NCBI GenBank assembly: GCA_043228905.1
Contig: JBHGNT010000006.1
Span: 20,336,001 to 20,400,000 of the forward strand
Origin: Azolla caroliniana
Taxonomy: Eukaryota; Plantae; Polypodiophyta
Length of the DNA stretch: 64,000 nt
Direction of reading: 5' to 3'
The notes under the pieces were generated by a model. It worked only from the letters and a program-made list of their open reading frames with translations. It was not told the origin of the DNA and searched no databases. This document shows positions 1 through 11,700 of the stretch, piece after piece; position 1 is the first letter of the stretch; each line of letters opens with the position of its first letter. Position numbers and translations under genes: made by a program.

Positions 1-627
1 TAAGAGAGAAGTAGATGTGTAAATCGTGAATCCCACGAATAATTTTTGTATTGATTAATACTTAATCCAAATAATCAACAACCCTTTATATATTTCTCTC
101 CTCCTTATATAAGGAAGGAAGAGCTAAGCATGGCTTCATGCTTTTTTTTTACAAAAAGTGTTCATGTCCACTATGTGATGCTTTTTTATTTCCTAAGTAT
201 AGGGCTCATGCACGCTAGATGTGCATGAGTTATTTTTAGTGTCTCGTGTTTTTTTTCTTTTTCATATATTAAAAAAATACATGATTTACCTTTTAATAAA
301 GGTATGCATAAATAAAGGTCTTATACGTATTAAATCTATATTTAAAACACTTAAGATAAGTTAATGTAATGGTAAGGTTGGGGTTTGTCAACGTGGAGGT
401 GCAGAGTTCGAATCACGCCCTGCGCAGTAGTGAGTATTTCCTATTTTTTACATTTATGTCTCTTTATCCGGCTCTTCCTTGCCGGTATGCCGTTTTCTTC
501 CTTGCCGGTATGCCGTTTTCCTCCTTGCCGGTATGCCGTTTTCTTCCGGTTCTCACCGAGCACTCCATTCTCTATCCGGAGGGACAAAAATATAATTTCC
601 ACATAGTGTGCAACCTACACTACGACA
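1..627 (-). mobile_element. LTR-like fragment (runs off window start)
   Basis: Minus strand begins TGTCGTAGTG at 627. It contains a GC-rich tandem array, a tRNA-like module and a TATATAAGGAGG TATA-like box (plus ~100-111). Layout resembles 628-1432. LTR identity is inferred; no partner LTR is in the window. Confidence 0.45.
478..546. repeat. 3 x 23-bp tandem repeat CTTGCCGGTATGCCGTTTTC(T/C)TC
   Basis: Units read directly at 478-500, 501-523 and 524-546. Confidence 0.95.
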
Positions 628-1055
628 GCGCGGATCGTGAGGCAGAACCGTTGGGGTTCTGGACCAGAAGGATTTAGAGTCGATACAAGCTTTGGCGAGA
701 AAGTACTTAAGATAGATTGGGAAAGAGAGAAGTTGAGATTACACGATTGAGAGAGATTGATTGAACTTTTAACTTTAGATTTAAGAAACAAGTTACACGA
801 TCAATTTGATAACGAATTTCTTCCTCTTAATTTTCATAAAAAAAACCGTGTTTTTTCTCCTCCCCCTTCCCTCTTTTATAGATGCTCTCATGCATATGAT
901 GCATGTGAGGGTACAAGACATGCATAAATTGCATGTTTGCCATTTGGCGCTTATGTATTACATGTGGTGCATGATAACCATGTCACTCATTTTAGTTCTC
1001 ATGTATGAGAATTTACATGTAAAAGTACAATGATAGAAATATAATTTCAATTAAA

Positions 1056-1125
1056 TAGCATGGCTTAATGGTAAGCCAATTGACTCCTTACTTGGAGGTG
1101 CAAGGTTCGAATCCTTACTTGCCCT
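1056..1125 (+). other. tRNA-derived Pol III A/B-box module (not a functional tRNA)
   Basis: A-box TGGCTTAATGG at 1061-1071 with a GGCTT/AAGCC hairpin. B-box GGTTCGAATCC at 1104-1114 with an AAGG/CCTT stem. No acceptor stem. A more degenerate copy lies at ~359-426. Confidence 0.6.
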
Positions 1126-1172
1126 CCTTGTATATGTAAATATGTATATATATTTATATATTTATTTATCTA

Positions 1173-1400
1173 GTCGTCGGACGCCGGATGCCGTCGGTTA
1201 CTGTTGCCGTCGCCGGATGTCGTCGTCGGATACCGGTGCATTGTCGGATGCTGTCGGTCGCCGGATGTCGTCGCCGGATACCGGTGCATCGTCGGATGCT
1301 GTCGGTTACCGGTGCCGTCACCGGATACTGGTGCGTCGTCGGATGCCGTCGGTTACCGGTGTCGTCGCCAGATTGCCGTCGGATCACCGGCTCCATCGCC
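1173..1400. repeat. Degenerate GC-rich tandem array (GTCGTCGGATGCCGTCGGTTACCGGT-type units)
   Basis: Repeated CCGGAT, GTCGTCG and ACCGGTG motifs. The array explains the spurious overlapping ORFs at 1142-1643. Confidence 0.85.
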
Positions 1401-1432
1401 GGTCCGGTTTTGGTTGCCCAAAACCCTTTACG

Positions 1433-1791
1433 AGTAGCTAGCCCACCTCCACTCTTAGTTCAAGTTACCTTGAACTCTCTATGCTCCACACATAGACACA
1501 AAGATAACATCTTTTGCTCCACCTTATATATGATGAGAGCTGTATTTGTCGTGCCTATGTGGGATATCTCACAATTTTCTCCTTTCCTTTTACAAACTTT
1601 ATACTCTCATATCTTGACATTTAGTTGTCCGTTTCTCGTGTAATAAAGTGCATTCGAAACCTCCATCATTTTGTACTTAGATATTAAATCTATTTAAAAT
1701 GTTATCTTCACAATTATTGTACTACGTGATTCATACTCGATTTCGTACGTTTTATAGGATTTTCACACTATTGCCGAAAATCTTCACGACA
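1433..1791 (-). mobile_element. LTR-like fragment inserted in the 3' LTR of the left copia
   Basis: Minus strand begins TGTCGTGAAG at 1791. TATATAAGGTGG box at plus ~1519-1530. Shares ATTAAATCTA..TTTAAAA with the 1-627 unit. Confidence 0.4.
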
Positions 1792-4700
1792 GCGCGGTAG
1801 ATCGGCTCTTCGCGGCTTCGTTGTGCGGTTGCGTAATCCACACGTTATTGCGTAGTGTGCGCGGTTTGCGGAATCCACGTTATTGTGTAAGTCTTCAATA
1901 CTCCCCCTCAAGCTTGGTAGGTCAGGGATCGTCAATCCGAGATCGGTCATGAATTGACACAGCTTGTAGGCTCCTAAGGCTTCAGTGAAGATGTCGACTG
2001 TTTGAAGATTTGTGCTAGTGTTGTAGGTTGACATCGCCAGCTAGAACGCGCTCTCGGATGAAGTGATAGTGCACTTCGATGTGCTTTGTCCGCGCGTGGA
2101 ACACCGGGTTCCGAGCCAGATAGATACTGCTCATGTTGTCACAATAAAGGGAAGTCGGATCCTTGATGGGTACACCCAGATCCTTCAAAATCCTCTAAAG
2201 CCATACGGTTGCGCCCTTGCATTCCGCCTCCGTACTCGAAAGAGCGACAATTGGCTGCTTCTTGCTACTCCAGGATATTGCTCCGTTGCCGAGGGAGGAA
2301 ATAAATCCGGAGGTTGATCTTCTATTGGCTTTGTAGCCAACCCAATCAGCGTTTGTGTACTCCTCGAGTCGTATTGGCATCGCGGTTTTGTAGAGGATGT
2401 CGCAATCCATTGTGCCGCTCACGTATCGTAGAACTCGCTTAGCGCAATCCAAGTGAGTATCACGCGGTGTTTGCATGAATTGGCTAAGGAGACCGACCGG
2501 ATAACTGAGATCGGGTTGTGTGATCGTGAGGTAGATAAGACTCCCGATGAGTTGCCGATACTGAGTCGGCTCACACACTTTGGTGCCGGAGTTCGCATCA
2601 AGTTTGAGATTGCGATCGAGCGGGGTTGCCGCAGATTTGCACTCAGCCATCCCGAACTTGTATAACAAGTTGAGGATGTAGTGTCGTTGAGAGATCATGA
2701 TTCCGGCCGGAGTCCGAATTACCTCGATGCCGAGGAAGTAGTGGAGCTCCTTCATGTCCATCATCTCGAACTTGTCGGAAAGGAGGGATTTGACCTTATT
2801 GATTTCAACAAGATGCTCACATCCAATGACTAGGTCATCCACATATAAGATGATGACGATCGGACTTGCGGAATCGCTTCATATGTAGAGGGAGTTGTCC
2901 GATTTTGACATACGGAAGCCGATTTGATGAAGATATTGCGTTATCTTCGAATGCCAAGCACGTGGTGCTTGCTTGAGGCCGTAGAGTGGCTTCTTGAGTC
3001 GGCAAACAGCTTTCAGATGGGTGCTCGAGTTGAAGCCGGGTGGTTGGATCATGTACACCTCCTCTTCTAATTCGCCTTGTAGAAAGGCGTTCTTGACGTC
3101 CATTTGATGGAGGTGCCACCCTTTGGCCGCGGCAATCACAATTACGGTCCGCATCGTCGTCATCTTTGCCATCGGGGCAAAGGTCTCTTCGTAGTCGACA
3201 CCATGCGTCTAAGCGTATCCTTTCGCTACGAGTCGAGCTTTGTTGCGGTTTACGGAGCCATCGGCGTTATACTTCACCTTGTAGATCCATCTGCATCCGA
3301 TCGCCTTTTTGTGTGGTGAGGTGGGAACGAGATCCCATGTCTCGTTCTTCCGTAGTGCCTACATCTCCTCGTTCATTACTTCGATCCATTGTGGGTCCTT
3401 CGCGGCTTTCGAAAAGGTTTCCGGCTCCCGAACTGTCGCTACCTTCGTCATAAAGGCGTAATGGTACGCCATATAATCGTTGTAGGCGAATCGGCTTACG
3501 GGGTTCTTTTCACGGGTGGATCGACAGAGCTTTTCATTTGCAAAGATGAGGGCTTTCTTAGCTCCGATTGGTACATCGAAGCTGCCGAATTCACTGTCGA
3601 GTGAGTGAGTCGACTCATTGTCGTTGAAGCGATCGTCTTCGTATTCCGACATTTTCGCCTTGCCTTTGTCCATCTTCGGGCTAGGTCGTGATGTGCTTTG
3701 GTCACTCAAAGGCTCTTGTGGTCCGCTCAGTCGGGTCGTGATCTTCATCCTCTATCTCTTGTTCGGCGGAGTCCGGGTCGAGCAGTGTCGGAGTTGGAGT
3801 TGTCTCTGGTGCGTACCAGGATGCGGACTCATCAAACACGACATCTCGACTTACTCGAGATTTTTGAGTTGAGGGGTTGTAGCACTTGTACCCCTTTTGC
3901 TCCAGTGAGTATCCTACGAGGATACATTTCTCCGCCTTCGGGTCAAGCTTTTGACGCTTCTTGTTGAGTATGTGCACATACGCTATCACGCCGAATATCC
4001 GGATGTGCGATAAATCTGGCTTCCTTCCGAAGTATTTTTCGTGCAGAGTGACCTCGTGCACGCCGAATGTTGTGCACTAGTTCATTAGGTTGACGGCCGT
4101 ATTTGCAGCTTCGGCCCAATATGACTTGGGCATATGCTTCTCGTTCATCATGGCCCGTGCTACTTCGAGGATGTGCCGATTTTTGCGCTCGACTACTCCA
4201 TTTTGTTGCGGGGTGTGTCGGCAAGTGAATTCTCGCCGAATTCCTTCCTTTCGGAGATACGCCGTGAAACTGTCCGAGAAGTACTCCTTGCCGCCATCCG
4301 ATCGAAGACAACGTACAAGTCGACCCGTGGCTTTCTCGACTTCATTCTTGAATGTTTGGAAGTGTCCGAACACTTCGCTCTTTTGCCGCATCGGGTGGAT
4401 CCAAGTGTGCCTAGAAAAGTCATCGATGAAGAGCACGTAATATCGACATCCGCCGAATGTCGCCGTTTGAGCCGGACCCCATACATCGGAATGAATTATG
4501 TCGAGTACGCCTTTGCTCACATTCCGCTCCTTCGGAAATGGGTGTCAGTGTTGCTTGCCGAATTGGCACGCTTCGCATACACCTTCAATCTCCTTCTCTT
4601 TGCTCAACCATTTGGCCAACCGAGACCAAATTCTTCGTGATGGTGGGAACATGCAAGACATTTTTAATGTATGTTTGCTTACCTCTTTCGCCAAACGGGA

Positions 4701-6431
4701 CATTGTCGATGTGCCGAATCGGGTGCGTAGTGTCATCTCCGGTTTCGACATAACCGGGTCGCTCCGGCTCTCGAAGTTCGAGAAACCATTCTTTGTGGGA
4801 TGTCATATGGTTTGAGGCTCCGGAGTCAACAAACCATACGTCCTCCGGATTGAGGGCACTAGTTGAGGTAGAGGCCGACATAGAGTTTGCTCTATGTTTC
4901 ATCATTAACATTCCGCCACGGTCGGCGTTACGTGTATACATTCCGCCACGATCTTCGTAGTCGGAGTTGTGCCCGTACTCTTCGTAGTTGGAGTTGTCGT
5001 GAGTTGGAGTTGTGGAAGCCGATTCACGCATCTTCTTTCGACACTCTTCTTCGTGGTGGCCGAGCTTTCCGCAATATCCGCATTCGGTTGCATTTTGATG
5101 GCTCGGGCCGGAGTGGAAGCTCCCCCTTCTTGTGAAGGTTCCTCGTTGGCTTCCGTTTTGCGGCCGAAATTGGGAGTTGTTATCGTAGGTCGGACCTCGT
5201 CCGCCTTGTCCTTGGCCGAATCGGCTTCTCGCTCGTCCGCGTCCTCTTCCTCCGTTCGAGTGCGTGTAGAGCATGTGGCCTTCCGACTCATTGCTCATTG
5301 TACGCACGTGATTTTCTTCGACCAATAGCATTGATTGGAGCTCGAAGAAGGAGGGAGATTTCTCCCTTGCTAGAACGGCGATTCGCATCGCGCCGAACCG
5401 TGGTGCGAGGCCACCGAGGCATATTTGCACCATCTCATCATCATCAATACTTACACTTATTGAGCCGAGCGAGTCACAAAGTTCCTTGATCTTCAAGGTG
5501 TATGTCGTGATGGACATGTCCCTTTGTTGAATGTTGTTCAACTCTTGGCGGAGTTGAAGCTTCCTCGCGGTTGTGTTGGCGGCGAAAATCTTTCGTAGAT
5601 TTTCCCACGCTTCCTTCGGCGTCTTGGCTTCTCGAATGTCACGTAATCGAGCATGTGGTCGTGAACACATGTCGCCAAACAATACATCACGTGGCTTGCG
5701 GCTTGCTCCCATGTCGCGTATCTGGGAGCCGCTTCGACGGGTCGGTCTTCATGCGCTCCTTTGATGTAGCTCCAATAGCCTTGTCCGACAAGGTATTGGT
5801 GCATCTTGTACTCCCAAGATGCGAAGTTGTTTCAATCCAACTTCTCGGTAGGGAGATCGCTCCCCATTTGAGTATTCATTATGTCGATTCTTCTTCTTCT
5901 TCTTCTCTCTTCGAATGCGTGCTATGTAGCGAAGCTACGATAGCGATGAGCCGGTTCTTGGTCGTCGGAGTGGGCACAACACACAATCACGATGAGGCGA
6001 ATGGGCTAGATCAAGCTCCCAAATCGCTCTGATACCATGTAAAGAATCGGATATGATTCTTGTGAAGCGGAAGAGATGTGAGTTATGTGTGTGTATGAGA
6101 GAGTGAGAGAGAGTGAGTGAGAGAGACAAGGAATAATACATAGAGAATACGCAAGGTAGATTGTATTAACAAAGGAGAAAGACTCAACATTATACAAGGT
6201 GGGAGGAGGGTGCTTTATGTAGTCACCATCTCTCTTCATTAACTACAAGACTCATGGAGCATGGGGAATGTGAAAGCTCATAAATTATGTGTCATAGAAT
6301 ATGATTCTTTGACTCATACTAAATGTTAGAATACAAAGTGGTGACATAATGGTGACTCTTGACCGTTGGAGTGTCACTTCACTCTCAAGGTGAGTTCACA
6401 CACTAGACCAAGTTGAGCTTGATTCTCAACA
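1792..6431 (-). mobile_element. Degenerate Ty1/copia LTR retrotransposon
   Basis: 5' LTR 6431-6038 (TGTTGAG...TTTACA). PBS TGGTATCAGAGC (tRNA-iMet) at 6037-6026. gag with CCHC knuckle CGYCGKLGHHEEEC, protease WFVDSGAS, integrase (HSDVWGP, RSDGGKEY, QQNGVVERKNR; 4077-4520), RT (QMDVKNAFL, LYGLKQAPRAW, YVDD), RNase H. PPT TGAGGGGGAG at 1910-1901. Multiple stops, frameshifts and an internal deletion. Confidence 0.95.
6038..6431 (-). repeat. 5' LTR of left copia (394 bp)
   Basis: TG...CA termini on the minus strand, directly adjacent to the PBS. Confidence 0.8.
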
Positions 6432-7643
6432 CTAGAATAGTGGCACGAGACGACAAGCAATGAAAGGTGAATCCACCAGTTGATGAGGTTGAGGAGGACT
6501 GGATCTTGTACGTGGTTGAAGGCAAGCTAATTGAGTGCTTAGAATGGGATCCTATTGAATATAAGTGGAAGGGAGAACAAGATAAATCAATAGGTTTCTT
6601 CAAATACTCGACGCGCTTGGGGAGAAAGTTATGTTGGCATCGTGAGAAGTGCGCCAACAAATGGGTGCATGTAGTTGTCGATTTAGTCTTCGTGGATAGA
6701 ACCAGGAGAAGGATATGGAACTCATCCCTCCCCGAGCGGGTTAAAGTGTTTTTCTGGTTAATCACCCATTGGGCTATTCCAACAGGAGAGTGGCTTGGGA
6801 AAAGAGGTGGCATGAGTAGTTGCAAGGCCTGCAGTGTGAGCTTGGAGGACATCACACATTGTTTGTGGTGCTGCCCACGAGCCCAAGAAGTTTGGCTGAG
6901 GAGCTTAAGAATCTTGGCTCGATTCGGGGTTGAGGTTCATGTATCGAGCGCAACAGTCACTTGGTTGGCCACTAAATCGGTTGCGTGGTTTCAAGGGTGG
7001 AATGGAAATAGTCCTTTAAAGGTGATGCATGGAACTGTACAACTAGCGCAAGGAGGTTCATTCTTCATACAGGAACGCTACGTGGACATATGGTTATTAG
7101 TGGTCGGCCTTACAATTTGGCAAGTGTGGGTATTTAGGTGCAAGGAGTCTTTCTCAAGTAAGCGAACCCCATCGGCTAAGAATTTAATGATGATCTAGTT
7201 TAATTTTATTTCTACGTTACGAGGAGAGTTTGAAAGTCTTCAAGGGCCCTCAAACACAAGTGAAGAAGCTAGAGCTCGGTTCCTTTTGAAATGGAGCGGT
7301 TCGTCGATGCTGCAGATGGTGGATGGTAAAACGAAGTGGAATTATCAACCACCACGGTGGTTGTTACCTCCGAGTGTACCTAACATATAGATGGGTGTTG
7401 CCATGAGAAGAGAGTGGAGGATGTCAATGTTGAATTCGGGTTGTATGAGGCTCACATGGAGGGTATGTGTTCAGGTAATGCTATGCTCAGGAATGATGTA
7501 GTGTTTTGGAGTTGTTTTTGTTGTTTCCTTTACACGTATTATTTTCTTTTTGACATGCAAGTTGGCTTGTAAGATAGGAGTTGTATATTATCCTATGTAC
7601 ATTGCTTTAACTAATGGAAGTAGTTTTTTTGGGAAAAAAAAAA
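6432..7643 (+). mobile_element. LINE (L1-like) 3' fragment: ORF2 C-terminus with zf-RVT-like motif, 3' UTR and A-tail
   Basis: ORF 6467-7198 contains IWNSSLPERVKVFFWLITH...CKAC...EDITHCLWCCPRAQEVW (CCHC, zf-RVT pattern). The frame continues past a TAG to ~7383. A10 tract at 7634-7643. Confidence 0.85.
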
Positions 7644-8182
7644 CTTAAATGTATTTGTTTTATTTTTTAATAAAACAAAAAATAAATAAAAATATGTAAA
7701 TAAATATAATAAATAAAAGGTTCCCATAAATTTTCATATTTTTATCTCACATTAAAAAGGGGACCTCACACTAATAATATTTTTAGAATAGATATAAAAC
7801 TTAAATGTATTTGCTTTATATTTTAATAAAACAATAAATAAATAAAAATATGTAAATAAATAAAAGGTTCCCATAAAATTACATATTTTTATCTCACATT
7901 AATAATGTGATATACTCGGAATGATTTCCCCCAAATAACCAGTACCTCAGCGTCTGGTTTTCATCTTTATTTATAACACTCTATTCTTGGTTCATACTTG
8001 AACTAACCATTCGAATCCTGGCAAACAATAAGTTTGTTACCAAAACTGCCACATCATACATATACGACAATAATAATCTTATAATAGATGAAAAACTTAA
8101 AACTATTTGTTTTATTTTTAATAAAAGAATAAATAATAAATAAAAAGGTTTATTAATAATACATTAAAAAGGGGACCTCATA
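7640..8182. repeat. Three copies of an AT-rich ~150-bp repeat
   Basis: AAAACTTAAA(TG)TATTTG..TAATAAAA..AAAAGGTT..ACATTAA recurs at ~7640, ~7796 and ~8092. CGAATA repeats follow at 8205-8240; possibly a DNA-transposon end. Confidence 0.8.
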
Positions 8183-8781
8183 TTCTTGGGGTCATTTGTA
8201 TTCTCGAATATTACGAATGTCGAATAGCACGAATATCACGCATGGGTCAATCTATGGGTCTATCAAAATGCCTGATTGGATTTATGTATGATAATCCTTT
8301 TTTGCAACCTTTTTCGCTTTTAATTACTGTGTCACAGCATGTGGAAGCTGAGCATTTGATAAAGAAGTTTGCTGATGAATCTCCTACATAGATGGACATA
8401 CCTAATGCTTACTACATATTTTCATCATTTACTAGATGCCATTGCCAAATGCAGGGGTTCAACGCATGACCTCTCTCTCTCTCTCTCCTCCTCCTCCTCC
8501 TATTACTACTGCATTCCATGGAAGCTACCCACCATCTTTGATAGGAAGGAGAGAGAGAAAGTGATGATATGATGATGACATTCGAGAGAGTCAGAGAGGA
8601 GGCCAGAATGGCCCCTGAGACCAAACCTCCATCCATGAGAAGGAGAGGGGTTTGTCTGATCTGCCACAGCCCCAGATCAGAAGTCCTTAGGCACCAAAGC
8701 TATGAGCAGTCTTCATGGACCGCCAAGTTCATCAATATGTGGAGAGATAAAGGAAAGGCATGACTGATAGATTATTTAGTA

Positions 8782-11700
8782 ATGAAATTAGAGGAGATTC
8801 ACATTTTATGTCCATGCTCAAGGCTTGTGTCATTAAGAAGGATGTACATAAAGGCATCGAACTGCTCGGGAGAAATAAAGGAAATGCACAAAATAGAGAT
8901 TAGCAATGGAAATAGAGAAGATTCTCATTTTGTGGCCATGCTCAAGGCTTGTGCCAATAAGAAGGATCTTCACAAAGGCACGCTAATACATGCTGAAATT
9001 CTAAGAAGTGGAGTACTTGAAAAGAGCCCATATGTAGCTAGTAGTTTAATAAGTATGTATGCCAAATGTGGTGTCCTTACAAAAGCGCAACAAGTTCTTG
9101 AGGAGCTCCCGATTCGGAGTGTAGTCTGTTGGAATGCATTGATTTCAGGTTATATACAACAGGGGAATGGTCATAGTGCCTTGAAATGTTTCAAAAGGAT
9201 GCATAATGAAGGCGTTTCTCCAGATGTGGTCACCTTCATTTGTATCTTGAAGGCATGTGGCAACACAAGGTCTATAGACGAGGGCAAACAAATTCATGAT
9301 GAAATTGTGACTAGGAAATTGCTAAAGAAACACATTCTTCTTGGCACTGCATTGGTGGATATGTATGCCAAATGTGCTATGCTTGTGAAAGCACAAGATG
9401 TACTTGATGAGCTTCCTGAGAGAGATGCCATCTCTTGGAATGCTTTGATTTCAGGATATGTACACAAGGGGCAAGCTCAGGAAGCACTAGACTGTTTCCA
9501 ACAGATGCAAAGAGAGGGCCTGTCACCTGATAATGTCACCTTCATTTGCATTTTGAAGGCCTGTGGCAGCATGAGGTCTCTAGAAAAAGGCAAACAAATT
9601 CATGAAATGATTGTAAATAGAAATTTTCTATCCAAAGATATCATACTTGGCACTGCTTTGGTAGATATGTATGCAAAATGTGGTATGCTTGCAACATCAC
9701 AGAGAGTACTTGAAAGTTTGCATGTACGAGACATAATTGCTTGGAATGCACTAATTGCAGGGTATGCTCATCAAGGATTAAACCATGAGGCATTGAGCTG
9801 CTATGAACAAATGCAAACTGAGGGTCTTTCTCCAAATGCCATCACTTTTCTTGGCATTTTGAAAGCTTGTGGGGGTGCAAAGGTAATAAAGACGGGTAAA
9901 TTAATTCATGAAGAGATTGTCAAGAGGAACTTGCTATGGAAGGATATTGTTCTGGGCACTGCTTTGGTGGACATGTATGCTAAATGTGGCATGCTTGCAA
10001 AAGCTCAGCAACTGCTCAAAGAGCTTCCTATTCGAGATGCTGTCTCTTATAATGCACTAATTGCAGGATATGCTGAATGGGGGAAATTTCTTGAGGCATT
10101 AAACTGCTTTGAATCTATGCAAAATGAAGGCGTTTCTCCTGATGTAGTCACCTTCATTTGCATATTGAAGGTGTGTGGTACCACAGGGTCTTTAGAGAAG
10201 GGCAAACAAATTCATGAGAACATTGCAAATAGAGGATTACTAAACAAAGATGTCGGCAACGCTTTAGTGGATATGTATGCTAAATGTGGTTTACTTGAAA
10301 AAGCTCAACAGGTACTTTGGGAGTTTCCCGTTGTAGATGTAGTGTCATGCAACTCAGTAATTCTAGGGTATGTTCAGCAGGGGCAAGATGAGGAAGCAAT
10401 GGAGTGTTATGCATGGATGAGAACTATGGGGCTCTCTCCTGACTCCGTCACTTTTACTTGGCTCTTGAAGGCATGTGAAAGCATAGGAGCTATAGAAAAG
10501 GGCAAAGAAATTCATGAAGAGATTGTGAGTAGGGGCTTCCTGGAAAAGGATATTGTGCTTGGCACAGCTTTGGTTGATATGTATGCCAGATGCGGGGTGC
10601 TTGACAAAGCCCAACATGTTCTCGAGGAGCTCCCTATGCGAGATACAGTCACTTGGAATACATTAATTGCAGGATATGCCAATCAGGAGCAATGCCATGA
10701 AGCACTAGAATGTTTTGGAAGAATGCAGAGTGAAGGTCTCTTACCAGATGTGGTAACTTTTCTTTCCATTTTAAAGGCATGTGGCAGTTCAGGAGCTTTA
10801 GATGAAGGCAAAAGAATTCACGATGTGATTGTGAATAAGGGATTCCTGAAGCAAGATATTGTGCTTGGAAATGCTTTGGTGGATATGTATGTGAAGTGTG
10901 GCATGCTTGCAAAAGCACAACAAGTGCTTAATGGGATTCCTGTTCGGGATGGTGTTTCTTGGAATACACTTATTGCAGGGTATGCTCAGCAGGGGCAATG
11001 TTATGAAGCACTGAAATGTTTCGAGCAGATGCAAAAAGAAGGTATATCTCCCTACGCAGTTACTTATACTTGCATCTTGATGGCTTGTGGAAGCATAGGA
11101 GCTCTAAACAAGGGTAAACAGATTCACAGAGAGATTATGATGAGTCGAGACTTGTTGGAGGACATTGTGCTTGGAAATGCATTGGTGGATATGTATGTGA
11201 AATGTGGTATGCTTTCAACAGCACAAGAGGTGCTCGAGGAACTTCCTAATCGAAACATAGTATCTTGGTCTGCACTAATCGCAGGGTATGCTCAACACGG
11301 TCAGGGTCACGAAGCATTGGATTGTTTTGAGCGGATGAAAAGTGAGGGTATACATGCAAATGTGGTCACTTTCATTTGCGTCTTGAATGCCTGTGGCTGT
11401 GCAGGGGCCATAGACATGGGCAAACAAATTCACGAAGAGATTGTCATTCAAGGCTTGTTAGAGAAGGACATTGTGCTCGGAAATGCTTTGGTGGATATGT
11501 ATGCAAAATGTAGTATGCTTGCGAAAGCGCAACAAGTTCTCGAAGAACTACCAATTCGAAACATTATCTCGTGGAATGCCCTAATTTCAGGTTATGCAGA
11601 GGAAGGGGAAGGTAATGAAGCACTGAATTGTTTTGAAAAGATGCAAAATGAAGGGATTTCTCCAAATGAAATTACACTCTTATCAGTTTTGAGTGCCTGC

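Larger units (their letters stand above)
628..1432 (-). mobile_element. LTR-like fragment, apparently interrupted at 627
   Basis: Minus strand starts CGTAAAGGG (possibly a mutated TG). It has a GC-rich repeat array, a tRNA-like module, a TATAAAAGAGGG box (plus ~869-880) and a CT-rich R/U5-like region. Confidence 0.4.

Noticed and set aside
1056-1125. Functional tRNA gene
   Set aside because: No pairing acceptor stem or canonical anticodon arm; only A/B boxes and partial hairpins.
478-1400. GC-rich short repeat arrays as a CRISPR-like array
   Set aside because: Units are contiguous with no unique spacers, there are no cas genes, and the context is a eukaryotic LTR.
1142-1643. Overlapping Arg/Pro-rich ORFs
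   Set aside because: Products of a GC-rich tandem repeat that lacks stop codons.
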